Assembly: GCA_963775935.1 (NCBI GenBank)
Contig: CAVZKR010000004.1
Coordinates: forward strand, 84,550 to 148,549
DNA length: 64,000 bases
Source: an uncultured Chloroflexia bacterium
GTDB lineage: Bacteria; Chloroflexota; Dehalococcoidia; GIF9; UBA5629
Reading direction: 5' to 3'
Shown here: positions 11,893 through 22,972 of the stretch, piece after piece
Layout of the letters: every line of letters begins with the position of its first letter
Numbering within the stretch: the first letter of the stretch is position 1
Translations under genes and position numbers: made by a program
The notes under the pieces: model-generated
What the model was told of the DNA's origin: nothing
Databases searched by the model: none
What the model saw: the letters and a program-made list of their open reading frames with translations, nothing else

Positions 11893-12900
11893 TTATAACT
11901 TAAGGAGTTCCTCCGCATTTTTATGATATATTTTCTCCTTATCGGCGTCAGGGATTGCGACTGCATCCATGAAGTTCACCGCATTTATGCTTTTTTCCCA
12001 GGGATGGTCTACGGCAAATAGTATCTTGTCTGCACCTAGCGCCAGTAATGTACATACTAGTGGCGGTTCCCAGAACATACCACTTGTAGTAACAAAAAAG
12101 TTTTCTTTAATATAGTCGCTCGGTCTTTTCTTCAATTTGCTAGTCTTTTCATCAGGTTGGTATCCATCTCTCCATGGTTTATCAATCCGCCATAACCAAA
12201 AAGGCAATGCTTCACCAAGATGCCCAAGAATAATTTTCAGACCAGGGTGTTTATCAAACAGACCACTGCAAATCAAGCGCATAGCATGTAAAGCTGTTTC
12301 TGCGCCATATCCCAGCATTGGCCCTGCTAGAGCTGCATATGTCAAATAAGGCTTCGCCATATCAGGCGGAGGTCCTTTCGGGTGTAAATATATCGGAACC
12401 CCTAACTTTTCGGCCTTTTCAAATATAGGCCAGTATTTCTGATCGTCTAAGAATTCTCCCCTAACATGCGAGTCTAACTTAGCTCCCTTGAGACCAAGTT
12501 CTTTTACCGCTCGTTCCAGTTCATCCGCTGATGCTTTGGGATCCTGGTAGGCGAGAACAGCGAAACCTGAGAACCTTTTTGGGTACTTTTTAATCACCTT
12601 GGATAGTTCATCATTGATACGCCTAGCCATGTTTACACTCTTTGAGTTGTCAAACTTCTCCAAGTCTGTACCATTGAAGCTAAGAACTTGCATATCGATT
12701 CCAGCCTCATCCATATACTTTATTCGGCCGTCACCTAAATCTACAAGCGCTTCGACTATGCCCGGCTCGAGTACGAAATGTTCATGCATATATGTTTTTC
12801 TGCCTTTTGCGTCTTGGACAATCTTTAATCCCCCTGTCGATTTCAAGTATTCTACAATCTCTTCAGTCCAAAAATGCTCTTCAATAGCAATCCTTTTCAT
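11893..12900 (-). CDS. Amidohydrolase_2 family, gamma-resorcylate/2,3-DHB decarboxylase-like
   Basis: IAIEEHF, MDEAGIDMQVLS, IYLHP, ILGHLGEALPF, VTTSG, FAVDHPW. Confidence 0.85.
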   Translation of the reverse strand: MKRIAIEEHFWTEEIVEYLKSTGGLKIVQDAKGRKTYMHEHFVLEPGIVEALVDLGDGRIKYMDEAGIDMQVLSFNGTDLEKFDNSKSVNMARRINDELSKVIKKYPKRFSGFAVLAYQDPKASADELERAVKELGLKGAKLDSHVRGEFLDDQKYWPIFEKAEKLGVPIYLHPKGPPPDMAKPYLTYAALAGPMLGYGAETALHAMRLICSGLFDKHPGLKIILGHLGEALPFWLWRIDKPWRDGYQPDEKTSKLKKRPSDYIKENFFVTTSGMFWEPPLVCTLLALGADKILFAVDHPWEKSINAVNFMDAVAIPDADKEKIYHKNAEELLKL

Positions 12901-12993
12901 TGACTCCTCCTTTTCAATTTTAATTAATAAATTCCCTAAATGTTCAAATAGGTCTTTATTGCTATTTCAGCAACTTATGAGCACTGAGGTTTG

Positions 12994-13995
12994 TCATATA
13001 GGCAAGCGTAGTAAACTTCTGGCGTTATGCTCGAATATTAATTTTTTCTCAGCTTCACTAATCGTCATTTGATTAATTGATTCAATTGTCTCCTTGGTAT
13101 ATCTGAGACCAAGCTGGTTGTCCCAGGGCATATCAGTTCCAAAAAGGACATGGTCCGCCCCGAAGAAATTGTAGCAGCACATTAATCCTGAGGTATGACC
13201 GTATATGGCCGTGTCGGCATAGAACATCTTAAAATAGTCACGTATTGGCTTCCGGAGTTTCTCAGCATCTTTTCTTCCTAGCAGCGTATCGTGAGAATCT
13301 ATCCACCCTGATATTCTTTTTTCGAAGAAGGGAATCATGGATCCGGCATGGTGGGTGATAATCTTCAGACTTTGATATTGTTCCAGAATGCCACTGAAAA
13401 CTAGACGAACCATAGCTACTGATGTTTCGTATGGCCAGCCCAACATACCATGTATAGTATATTTAGATTCCTTTTCGCCGTCGTATTCAGCATAGGTCTG
13501 CGGCCGCTGAGGGTGAAGCCAGATTGGTAGATTATACTGGCACATCTTCTCGAAGAGTGGCATAAACTCTGGTGTGTCCAGCGGTTTGCCATTTGTAGGA
13601 GTAAATACCTGTATACCACGGAACTTCAAATCTTTGATGGCTCTGTCGGTTTCACGAAGGGCGGCATCCATGTTATTCATAGGCAGGCAGGCTACAGCGG
13701 CAGCAAACCGGTCTGGGTATTTCAACACCAGCTCAGCCATTTCATCGTTTGCTTGTTTTGATAAATCTATTGCTATTTTGGGATCACCGAAATTTTCTAC
13801 TGGTGGCATCGATAGAGTTAATACCTGCATAAGGTCATCAAATTTGTCCATTATCCGAAACCGATAGTCGAGATCAAATAGGGTTGGCAAGACTCTTTGT
13901 GTACTATAGAAACCCTTGGAAGCTGCACTCGATATTTTATCGAGTGCTTCCTTATATTTTAGTGGTAAAATATGGGCAAAGATGTCTATTTTCAT
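12994..13995 (-). CDS. Amidohydrolase_2 family (ACMSD-like decarboxylase/hydratase)
   Basis: IDIFAHILP, IWLHP, GWPYETS, IITHHAG, FYADTA, FGTDMP. Confidence 0.85.
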   Translation of the reverse strand: MKIDIFAHILPLKYKEALDKISSAASKGFYSTQRVLPTLFDLDYRFRIMDKFDDLMQVLTLSMPPVENFGDPKIAIDLSKQANDEMAELVLKYPDRFAAAVACLPMNNMDAALRETDRAIKDLKFRGIQVFTPTNGKPLDTPEFMPLFEKMCQYNLPIWLHPQRPQTYAEYDGEKESKYTIHGMLGWPYETSVAMVRLVFSGILEQYQSLKIITHHAGSMIPFFEKRISGWIDSHDTLLGRKDAEKLRKPIRDYFKMFYADTAIYGHTSGLMCCYNFFGADHVLFGTDMPWDNQLGLRYTKETIESINQMTISEAEKKLIFEHNARSLLRLPI

Positions 13996-14361
13996 GTCAT
14001 ACCTCCTTGTATTAGTTCATGTCAGTCTCTTCATTTTTTAATAGGAAATTACAACATTCGGCATAATTACTGAGGTTTTGGAAAAGATTAATAGGTTAAC
14101 TAGGAAGGCTCGAATAACCATGTGACACAGCAAGGATCCAAAAAAAACGGTAAACAGAGGTATGTTTAAGTTCATCCAGTGTTTCCTATATGACCACAGC
14201 AACCCGCTCCGTGTGCTTTTTGAACTTGGAATCATACTATATATCTGATAAATTCGTTTGTCAAACTCACGCATTACGTAAGTATTGACTAATAAAAAAT
14301 AGTCATATATAATATTTTGAACGTAGAAATACACCATAGTTATAGTCATGTGTTATTGAGT

Positions 14362-14430
14362 GGAGGTAATGATGTGGCCCTTGGGATCAAGCACTTAGAT
14401 GCCGCAGAGATAATAGTGAAACCGACAATC
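14362..14430 (+). ncRNA. c-di-GMP-II riboswitch-like element (variant/degenerate) upstream of isochorismatase gene
   Basis: GGAGGTAATGA-TGTGGC-CCTTGGGATCAAGCACTTAGAT-GCCGCA-GAGATAATAGTGAAACCGAC follows the class II c-di-GMP layout (P3 stem, CACT/AGTG pseudoknot, 3' AGTG.AACCGAC). Confidence 0.5.
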
Positions 14431-14464
14431 GTATTCATCGTTTTTTATTTTTAAATAGTCTGAT

Positions 14465-15157
14465 ATGAAATCATCAACACCTGCTATTAAAACCTTTGCG
14501 CTGGCAGCACAACCAGAACCGCTTCAAATAGACATGCAAAAGATAGCAGTAATTGTAATAGACATGCAAAATGCTTTCGTTAGCAAAGGTGGCATATTTG
14601 ATCTAATGGGGATGGATATTTCAGGGACACCTAAAATTGTTGAGGTTATTAATAAATTAATCAGGGCAGCGCGTTCAAGAAAAGTGAAGGTAATATACGT
14701 GGTACATCACCATTCTGCTGATATGCGTGAAACTGGAGGTCTAAATTCAGGGTATGGCTACAAGTTATATCTACATGAACAAATTAAGCACCCGGAATGG
14801 AGAGATAACCGAGTTGTTCGTGGTACTTGGGGTGCTGAACTTGTACAAGGACTAGAGTTTAAAGAAGACGACATATTTGTTGTAAAACCAAGATATAGCG
14901 CCTTCTTTGGTACGAATCTTGACACAATACTGAAGACATTTAATATTAAATATCTAACGTTCACAGGGGTAGCTACTAATATGTGCGTCGAGGCAACGCT
15001 CAGAGATGCTTCAAACCTCGACTATTTTCCAATACTTATTTCGGATGCAACAGCACCTAATGGTCCTCCTTACTTACAGGATGCAACGATCCACAATGTC
15101 ATCAGATGTCTTGGCTGGGTAACAACAAGTAAAAACATTTTAAAAATCATGAAGTAG
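14465..15157 (+). CDS. Isochorismatase-family cysteine hydrolase (RutB-like)
   Basis: VIDMQNAF, GTWGAELV, KPRYSAFFGTNLD, GVATNMCVEAT.RDA (Asp-Lys-Cys triad). Confidence 0.88.
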   Translation: MKSSTPAIKTFALAAQPEPLQIDMQKIAVIVIDMQNAFVSKGGIFDLMGMDISGTPKIVEVINKLIRAARSRKVKVIYVVHHHSADMRETGGLNSGYGYKLYLHEQIKHPEWRDNRVVRGTWGAELVQGLEFKEDDIFVVKPRYSAFFGTNLDTILKTFNIKYLTFTGVATNMCVEATLRDASNLDYFPILISDATAPNGPPYLQDATIHNVIRCLGWVTTSKNILKIMK

Positions 15158-15331
15158 TAAGCAAACAATATTCTGCATGATAGGAGGGATCATAGAAAGT
15201 CAGAAATAAATAAGGGGCATCGCCTGTTTACATATTGAAGATGGAGAGCGATACTCGCGTCAAAATTCGGTATTGTGTTACGCTAGGTTTGTGCCGTTTA
15301 TCAAACGGATAAAGAGGAGGAGGTCATCAAG

Positions 15332-17054
15332 ATGTCACTAAATGAAAACGATAAAAATAAGTCACAGCCAAGATATGGGATTAAGGTGGAGAAAAATGTT
15401 CGCGTTAAGATGCGTGACGGATTATGTTTAGCAGTTGATGTCTTTCGACCTGATGCTGAGGAGAAATTTCCCGCGTTACTTTCCATGAGCCCATACAGCA
15501 AGGATATAGAATCCTTGAAGATTCCGCCCGCACCTATGCCAGGCGCTGCAGAGTATTCTCATATAGAGGCTGGGGATACCGAATACTTCGTGTGCAGGGG
15601 TTATGCCCACATCATCGCCGATGTTAGAGGGACTGGATACTCAGAGGGAAGATACGATATCTGCTCAACAAAGGAACAGGAGGATGGTTATGACCTTGTT
15701 GAATGGATCGCTCAACAGCAGTGGTGCGATGGAAATGTGGGAATGGTCGGAATATCTTACCTTGCCCTCATTCAATATCTTGTCGCCGCTCAACAGCCGC
15801 CACATCTGAAGGCTATATTTGCTCATGACGGCTGGAACGACATGTACAGAGATGTATCACATCATGGTGGCATCTTAATGCACGGCTGGCTACCGGGTTG
15901 GATGGAACATATCGTGGCGTGGGATCCAGTACCGGTATCCACGGTTATGTATAGTAAAGAAGAGCTAAGTCGTCGGGTTGAGAAATGTAAAAACAACGAA
16001 GTAGTTAACAAGTTTCCATTCCTCTATGCCGCACTGGAATTCCCGCAACTTAGGCCTATAGTATTTGATTGGTTTATAAATGAATTTGATGGCCCGTACT
16101 ATTGGGAGCGGTCGGCCTATACGAAATTCGATAAGATAAAAGTCCCAGTCTATTTAGGTTCACAATTCTACAGTTATGCAGTTATGATTCATCTACCTGG
16201 AGCCTTTAGAGCTTATGCTAGTATAAATACACCAAAGAAACTTGTCATACGCAAAACCGCGCCAGGAAGACCGTTCTATGACTTCCACGATGAAATTGTG
16301 AGGTGGTATGACCACTGGCTAAAGGGCATAAACACCGGAATCATGGATGAGCCACCGGTAAAGATCTGGGTTCGGGAAGCCGAGAAGTGGAAATATGGAC
16401 AGGAGTGGCCTCTTGCCGAAACAAAATGGACAGATTATTATCTGGGAGCTAATAATCACTTGATGGAGAAGACTCCTATCAAAGAAGAAGAACCAGACAG
16501 TTTTAATCACAAGCCAGTTCGCGCTATGATCGATAGCTCGGCTCCCACTGGAGCCAATGCCTGAGTACCTTATTTACACTAGTGAACCGCTAAAGCAAGA
16601 TACCGAAATAATAGGCCCTATTGCCTTATACTTATATGCTGCTATCAGTTCTGACGACGCGGATTTTATTGTGAAACTTAAGGATGTAAGTCCAGATGGC
16701 TCTGAGTTCGTACTGACAAGGGGTTTGCTCAGAGCGTCTCACAGAGCACTCGATGAGAAAAAATCGAAGCCATGGCAGCCCTACCATCTGCACACCAGTG
16801 CGACTTCCATTGTTCCAGGAGAAATAAATGAATACGCCATAGAAATTCGACCTATAGCCAATTTGTTTAAAAAGGGGCACCAGATTAAGCTGGAAATCTG
16901 GGGTTGCGATTATCCGGCGGACCGCTTAGACATCAGTCTTTCTTGGCCTATATTCAGTCATGTATCCTATGATAAACCAACTTCCTACAAAATCTATCAC
17001 ACTCCAGAATATCCATCACATCTGGTTCTTCCCATAATACCAGGCGGGTATTAA
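15332..17054 (+). CDS. CocE/NonD family serine hydrolase (one indel near 16555)
   Basis: VKMRDG..LAVDVFRP, DVRGTGYSEG, GMVGISYLA nucleophile elbow, PepX_C-type C-terminal domain in ORF 16557-17054. Confidence 0.9.
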
Positions 17055-17153
17055 TAGCTAAATTTTTTTAAAAAGCTTGACATTGGTGAGTGACATAATG
17101 AAGTCAAGAGTTTACAAGCTAAAGTAAGACTATATTATAAGGAGGAACAAGTC

Positions 17154-18256
17154 ATGAAAAAATTATTTCTAATCCCGCTACTCATTATACTAATGGTTGG
17201 TTTGATTTTTAGCGGTTGCGCTCAGACGGCGCCGGCGCCGACACCAGCACCAGCACCAACTCCAGCTCCAACTCCAACACCAGCACCAGCCCAAACTTAT
17301 CAAATGAAATTCAGCTACTGGGCATCCGCTCAGGCACTTCAGCCCAAAGTAGTGTTCCAACCCTGGGCTGAAGCGATAGAAAAAGCCACCAATGGACGGG
17401 TCAAGATTATCCACTATCCATCAGAGACTCTGGTAAAGCAACAGGACATGTATGATGCGGTGACTTCAGGGCTCACTGAACTTGGCTTTATTGCCACGGA
17501 TTCAACCCCCGGGCGGTTCCCTCTATCCGCATTCGGGAGCTTGCCCAACGTATTCCCGAATGCTGCGATTGCCGCCCGTGTCTATAACGAGCTAATAAAC
17601 AAGTACTGTGCCGATACAGAACTTAAAGATATCAAGATTCTCTTTGTATCTTCGTATCAGCCTATGCAGATATTTTCCACCAAGCAGTACAGAAGCTCGA
17701 GGATATGAAGGGCTTCAGAATGCGTACTGAAGGCAGAATGCAGGATTGGACCATGCAAGCCCTGGGGGCTACGGGTGCAGAGATCTCCATGACGGATACT
17801 TACAGCGCACTGGACAAGAAAGTGGTAGATGGCTGTCTGCTGCAATATGCAAGGTGTGTTGGCTTTCAAAATTCAGGACGTTACTAAATACCGCACTGAG
17901 GTTAACCTTTGCACCCAAAATTTTATCATAGCCATGGGCATGAAGCTTTGGAACAGCCTACCGCCTGATATTCAGAAAGCTTTTAATGATAATAGCGGGG
18001 TGCAAGCTTCAATAACCTATAATACAGCTTTTATGGGGGAGAAGCAGGTGCTAAGAATGCAGTTATAGCCTACGATAAGAAAGTCGGTAATCCGGATATC
18101 ATTGTTCTCTCACAAGACGAAAAAGCAAGATGGCTCAATGCCGTTAAGCCAGTATGGGATAGATGGATAGCAGACATGCAAAGCAAAGGATTACCAGGTA
18201 AAGCGCTATTGGATGAGGCTCTTAGTTTAGTAAATCAGTATTCACAGACGAAGTAA
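17154..18256 (+). CDS. dctP: TRAP transporter substrate-binding lipoprotein DctP (split by indels)
   Basis: Lipobox IFSGC, Pro/Ala/Thr linker, IEKATNGRVKI, TPGRFPL, WNSLPPDIQKA, GLPGKALLD; stop TAA 18254-18256. Confidence 0.85.
17229..17292 (+). repeat. Low-complexity codon repeat encoding APAPTPAPAPTPAPTPTPAPA linker
   Basis: Tandem CCAGCA/CCAACT units after the lipobox. Confidence 0.8.
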
Positions 18257-18282
18257 TACGCAGTAGCTAAAATAAACTGTGC

Positions 18283-18314
18283 TATGGCCAGCTATCAACA
18301 GCTAGCTGGCCATA
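18283..18314 (+). other. Intergenic stem-loop between dctP and dctQ (mRNA stabiliser/attenuator)
   Basis: Perfect 12-bp inverted repeat TATGGCCAGCTA-N8-TAGCTGGCCATA, no U-tract. Confidence 0.6.
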
Positions 18315-18455
18315 CTCCAATAGACAGGTAGTTAGGTCATATACAGCTGTATTCACTGGGAGTACATGAATAAATCCAAGAACTCTCCTGCTAAAGAAGT
18401 CACTATAGCAGCATTATTATCCCTGTCACAAGGTACAGGTAAGAGGCAAATATGA

Positions 18456-18959
18456 ATGATTGATATAGTCGCTAATGGCTTAAAAAGGGCAGTATTCCCG
18501 ATAAGCAGGGGACTCGGCGCTGTCGCTATGGCGATCCTAGTGGTAATGATGGTTTTTACCGTAATAGATGTATTCATGCGCCGCTTTTTAAACTCGCCTA
18601 TCCGGGGTATTCATGAGCTTACTGAGTTAAGCTTTGCTCTCATTGTATTTCTGGCGTTAGCTTATTGCGCTGTTAGAGACGGACACATAACGGTAGATAC
18701 TTTGGTCAAAAAGTTTCCCAAAACTGTAGCCGCAATTATTGACGCAATCATTCTTTTGGCTACTTCAGGTATTCTGGGTTTAGTAAGCTGGCAATTAGTG
18801 GTACATGCGTTGAATCTGCAAAGAATGAATCAAGAAACAGTGTCGCTGGGAGTAATTGTTTATCCTTTTGTTTATTTGGGCGCTGTAGGTACTATGTTAA
18901 TTACCTTGGTATATTTTATTCAGTTCCTTTACTCACTGACCAAATTTAAGGAAGTATAA
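18456..18959 (+). CDS. dctQ: TRAP transporter small permease DctQ
   Basis: 4 TM, DVFMR..LNSPI.G..EL, GHITVD. Confidence 0.9.
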   Translation: MIDIVANGLKRAVFPISRGLGAVAMAILVVMMVFTVIDVFMRRFLNSPIRGIHELTELSFALIVFLALAYCAVRDGHITVDTLVKKFPKTVAAIIDAIILLATSGILGLVSWQLVVHALNLQRMNQETVSLGVIVYPFVYLGAVGTMLITLVYFIQFLYSLTKFKEV

Positions 18960-18960
18960 G

Positions 18961-20277
18961 ATGCATTTATCTCCAGATGCCATTGCCGTTATATGGGTAT
19001 TATTCTTCCTTGTTCTCATGTTCCTACGAATGCCTATTGGTGTGTGTATGATTCTGAGTGGTTTCACCGGTTTGATACTAATGCGCGGTTTATCTGCGGC
19101 AATTCCAGCTCTTGGTACTATCACTTTCAGAACAGTATCTAGCTATGATTTGAGTGTCATCGCCATGTTTGTCTGGATGGGATATCTGGCTTCATATGGA
19201 GGAATGGCCAAAGATGCTTTTTCGGTCATTAATAAGTGGATAGGACATTTTCCAGGCGGTCTGGCTATGGCAACTGTGGGTGCTTGTGCTGCTTTTGGTG
19301 CTGTCTGCGGCAGCAACGTTGCCACGGCCCTTACTGTGTGCTCAATAGCTTTCCCACAGATGAGAGAATATGGGTATAGTGACAAATTCTCGCTCGGATG
19401 CATTGCTGCTTCCGGCAATCTTGGTATTCTTATTCCACCTAGTACGGCCTTCATTGTATATGGCTTTATCACGGAACAATCAATAGGGACGCTGTTCATT
19501 GCAGGTATACTTCCTGGGCTGCTTTTAATGTTTATGTTTTGGATATACATATATACTCTGTGCCGGATTAACCCCAAAATAGCTAAAGTAGCGCCGAAAG
19601 CTAGTTGGAAAGAGAGGCTGCTAAGCATTAAGGGAATATGGGGTGTGGCGTTAGCTTTTATCTTAGTAATGGGTGGGATATACGGGGGACTATTTACACC
19701 TACTGAAGGTGGTGCTGTAGGGGTTTTTATAGTTTTAATCATTAGCTTAATTGGTAGACAACTGAGATGGCAGGGCTTTATTAACTCCCTTATTGAAACC
19801 ATTGTAATTACAGCTATGATTATGCTCTTGATTATTGGTGCTAGGATATTTAGCACTTTTTTAGCAACAACAGATCTTACAACTTCAATGGCCAATTTGG
19901 TTAAGTTATTATCCTTAGATCGCTGGTTCATTATGGCTGCTGTTTTGATTTTTTATTTCCTTGCCGGTTTTATATTGGATGAATGGGCTGTACTCATAGT
20001 TTCTCTACCCATTATCTTTCCTATTATTACTTCCTTAGGCTTCGATCCTATACATTTTGGTGTACTGGCAGTATTGACTATTATGCTGGGATCCATAAGT
20101 CCGCCATTTGGCGTGGTTGTTTTCACCTTGCATGGAATGAATAAAGATGTATCTGTTTTCACCATATTTAATGGAGCCATGCCTTTTATGTGGATCATGG
20201 TGGTTTGCTTGGCTATTCTGACAGCCTTCCCTCAAATATCACTGGCGTTGCCCAATCTTATGATGCCGTACCGATAG
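18961..20277 (+). CDS. dctM: TRAP transporter large permease DctM
   Basis: PGGLAMAT, GNLGILIPPS, FTPTEGG, PPFG. Confidence 0.93.
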   Translation: MHLSPDAIAVIWVLFFLVLMFLRMPIGVCMILSGFTGLILMRGLSAAIPALGTITFRTVSSYDLSVIAMFVWMGYLASYGGMAKDAFSVINKWIGHFPGGLAMATVGACAAFGAVCGSNVATALTVCSIAFPQMREYGYSDKFSLGCIAASGNLGILIPPSTAFIVYGFITEQSIGTLFIAGILPGLLLMFMFWIYIYTLCRINPKIAKVAPKASWKERLLSIKGIWGVALAFILVMGGIYGGLFTPTEGGAVGVFIVLIISLIGRQLRWQGFINSLIETIVITAMIMLLIIGARIFSTFLATTDLTTSMANLVKLLSLDRWFIMAAVLIFYFLAGFILDEWAVLIVSLPIIFPIITSLGFDPIHFGVLAVLTIMLGSISPPFGVVVFTLHGMNKDVSVFTIFNGAMPFMWIMVVCLAILTAFPQISLALPNLMMPYR

Positions 20278-20280
20278 GAA

Positions 20281-20412
20281 CTGGATGCTCCTCCTCTTTT
20301 TTAGTAGTTCCAGCAAGCTTTGGTAATCCATATGAACCTCCCTTCTCAAATAGTTAACCTGAATCAGGAAAATTGAAGAGTCTCTCTGCAAATCTATACT
20401 GAATATCTCAAC
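20281..20412 (-). pseudogene. Truncated paralog of the nitroreductase 5' end plus its upstream region (direct repeat of ~11570-11706)
   Basis: Encodes MDYQSLLELLKKRRSI (cf. MDYPSLLELLKNRRSI); upstream sequence (ccttctca..tagtta..tctctgcaaatc) aligns with 11620-11706. Confidence 0.8.
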
Positions 20413-20564
20413 GAACAGGATATGACCTGCAATTATACCTTCAGTTCCTTCTTTTTATCAGTGTTGGAGCACTATAAGCAGTATGCCTCATTTCTGGTTG
20501 AGAACCTTCCTGCCAGCAGTAACACCTTTGTAACTAATAGTGATACAATTCCACGGTATAGCTT

Positions 20565-21833
20565 ATGACCAATCATATGGTACCTCAGGCTACCAGTAGT
20601 AACTCTCGAATTTACTACGGTTATATCATAGTTGTAGTCGCCTTTCTCATTATGTTAACAGGCTATGGTATACGCACTATCTTCGGCGTTTTTTTCAAGC
20701 CGATGTTAATTGAGTTTGAGTGGACCAGAGCAGTAATATCGGGAGCCGTGACATTGTCTATGGTGACGCAGGGTATATGGGGCATAGTTATGGGCAGGCT
20801 GAATGATAGGATCGGTCCACGGTTAATTATTTCTTTGTGCTGTTTCTTACTGGGACTTGGTTTCATATTGATGTCCCTGATTAATCATATATGGCAGATA
20901 TACCTTTTTTACGGGATTATCATTGGTTTTGGCATGGGTGGTGTCTTTGTTGTCTTGCTCTCGATCACCGCCAGGTGGTTTGCCAAGAGAAGAGGCATCA
21001 TGATTGGCATTGTTCTTACTGGTATTGGTATGAGCTCACTGGTGATGTCTCCAGTTGCTACCTCCTTTATTTCTGCGTATGGATGGCGTCTTGCTTACGC
21101 GATAGTCGGCGGTATGGTTCTCGTTATCGGCATTGTGCTGGCCCAATTTCTTAAACGTGACCCGAGCGTGATGAATCTCAAACCATATGGTCAAGATGAA
21201 CTAAAGATAGCAGAATTTGCGACAGACAAAACAGGGCTATCTCTTTATGAGTCAATCAGGACATGGCAGTTCTGGATGCTCTCATTAATCTTTGTATGTG
21301 TGGGTTACTGCATGTTCGCCATCACAGTACATCTTGTGCCACACGTTACTGATTTGGGAATTACTCCCGCAATTGCAGCTTTTGTTCTGGCACTTACCGG
21401 TGCCGGAAATGTTATTGGCGGAATTTTTTTAGGAGGCATTGCTGACCGGCTTGGCAATAAGCAGGTCCTGGCTATCTGCTTAACTCTGATAGCACTGTCG
21501 ATTTACTTATTAATACCGATTTCTGAGGTATGGATGTTATATGTGGTTGCACTGATATTCGGTTTTGGTGCTGGTGGTGGTGGTGTGGCTGAACCAACAT
21601 TAGTAGCTGAATTATTCGGCTTGAAATCGCACGGATCGATATTTGGTGTCGTCAGTTTTTCATTTACTGTTGGAGGCGCTATCGGTCCCCTGGTTACAGG
21701 TTATCTGTTTGATATAAGTGGTAATTACGAAACAGCTTTCCTGGTTAGTGGTAGTATCGGTGTCTGTGGACTGATACTCACCCTTTTACTAAAGCCAGTG
21801 CACAAGCAAAACACTCAAACCGTTCCCTCGTAA
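20565..21833 (+). CDS. MFS transporter (OFA/MCT-like)
   Basis: 12 TM, YYGYIIV, GRLNDRIGPR, WFAKRRG, ELFGLKSHG. Confidence 0.9.
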   Translation: MTNHMVPQATSSNSRIYYGYIIVVVAFLIMLTGYGIRTIFGVFFKPMLIEFEWTRAVISGAVTLSMVTQGIWGIVMGRLNDRIGPRLIISLCCFLLGLGFILMSLINHIWQIYLFYGIIIGFGMGGVFVVLLSITARWFAKRRGIMIGIVLTGIGMSSLVMSPVATSFISAYGWRLAYAIVGGMVLVIGIVLAQFLKRDPSVMNLKPYGQDELKIAEFATDKTGLSLYESIRTWQFWMLSLIFVCVGYCMFAITVHLVPHVTDLGITPAIAAFVLALTGAGNVIGGIFLGGIADRLGNKQVLAICLTLIALSIYLLIPISEVWMLYVVALIFGFGAGGGGVAEPTLVAELFGLKSHGSIFGVVSFSFTVGGAIGPLVTGYLFDISGNYETAFLVSGSIGVCGLILTLLLKPVHKQNTQTVPS

Positions 21834-22099
21834 GGAATTTGCGAATTAAATAAGTTCTTTCTCTGCCTGTTTCAAATAGCTGCTGGTTAGCTAAAAAGCC
21901 TGCCCTGTTTAATTGTAACACTTCCGTTGACTAATTATTCTTTGATGAGAGACGGCTACTTTGTAAGACTTTTTGCAATCGCACATCGTTATGTAGGCCT
22001 TCGACCTATAGTAATTAACCTTTTGTTCATATTATAAAGCGATGTACCCATTGACACACGTACTTATTTATGCTACTATGATAGTAGTGAGGTGATACC

Positions 22100-22972
22100 A
22101 TGAATAAGTATAGCACAAGAGACTTCGATAGAGACTTTCCCGATGATGATACTTGCCTTGAGTGGCTTAAAAACGTCAAATATCCTAATAGTATTTATTG
22201 CCCGAAATGCCAGGGGATAACAAAGCATTACCGTATTAAAGACAGGGCTTGTTATTCATGTGAATTTTGCGGTAATCATATTTACCCGATGGCTGATACT
22301 ATTTTTGAGGATACGAAGTTAAACCATCTTAGATTATGGTTTAAGGCTGTAGCCTATATGTCTGTTACCCGGTGTGGTATATCGTCAAGGCAATTAAGCC
22401 GTGATCTTGGCGTTACCGTTAAAACAGGCTGGAGAATGTGGAGACAAATCAGGGCTACATTATCCGAAGGCGAAGGAATTAAGTTTGTAGGTAAAGTAGA
22501 GATTGACGAAACCTACATAGGTGGTAAAGCAAAAGGCAAGCGTGGCAGAGGTTCAGAAAACAAAGCCATAGTCTTAGGCATTGTGGAACGCAAAGGCAGA
22601 GCAAGAGGTATTGTAATCTCAGATGTAAAGGCTAAGACTTTGATGCCAGTAATTGAAGTAAACGTATCAAAAGACGCTACGGTTTATACGGATGATTTGC
22701 ATAGCTATGATTGTTTAGGCAATTTAGGCTTTGAACATCAAACCGTTGCCCATTCACAAAAAGTCTATGTATCTGGCAAGGATATTCACACGAACACGAT
22801 AGAAGGTTTTTGGAGTCAACTAAAACGAAGCATTGACGGAACATATCATCATGTAATAGCTAGGCACTTACAAGGCTATGTAGACGAGTATAGTTTTAGA
22901 TACAATCATAGGAACGATGAGCAACCGATGTTTAAGACGATGCTTCGGAAGGCGGCTTGTTTTCGGGCTTAG
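22100..22972 (+). CDS. IS1595-family DDE transposase
   Basis: N-terminal CPKC..CEFC zinc ribbon, HTH, VEIDETYIGG, VYTDD, HTNTIEGFWSQLKR, YVDEYSFRYN. Confidence 0.95.
   Translation: MNKYSTRDFDRDFPDDDTCLEWLKNVKYPNSIYCPKCQGITKHYRIKDRACYSCEFCGNHIYPMADTIFEDTKLNHLRLWFKAVAYMSVTRCGISSRQLSRDLGVTVKTGWRMWRQIRATLSEGEGIKFVGKVEIDETYIGGKAKGKRGRGSENKAIVLGIVERKGRARGIVISDVKAKTLMPVIEVNVSKDATVYTDDLHSYDCLGNLGFEHQTVAHSQKVYVSGKDIHTNTIEGFWSQLKRSIDGTYHHVIARHLQGYVDEYSFRYNHRNDEQPMFKTMLRKAACFRA

Noticed and set aside
15332-18256. Programmed frameshifting or phase variation in cocE and dctP
   Set aside because: No consistent slippery heptamers or long homopolymers at the breaks; indels are spread over unrelated genes, consistent with sequencing error.
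19143-19931. Long antisense ORFs over dctM, and likewise 40952-41677 and 48335-49060 over MFS genes
   Set aside because: Typical stop-poor antisense frames of hydrophobic membrane genes; duplicated only because the sense genes are paralogs.
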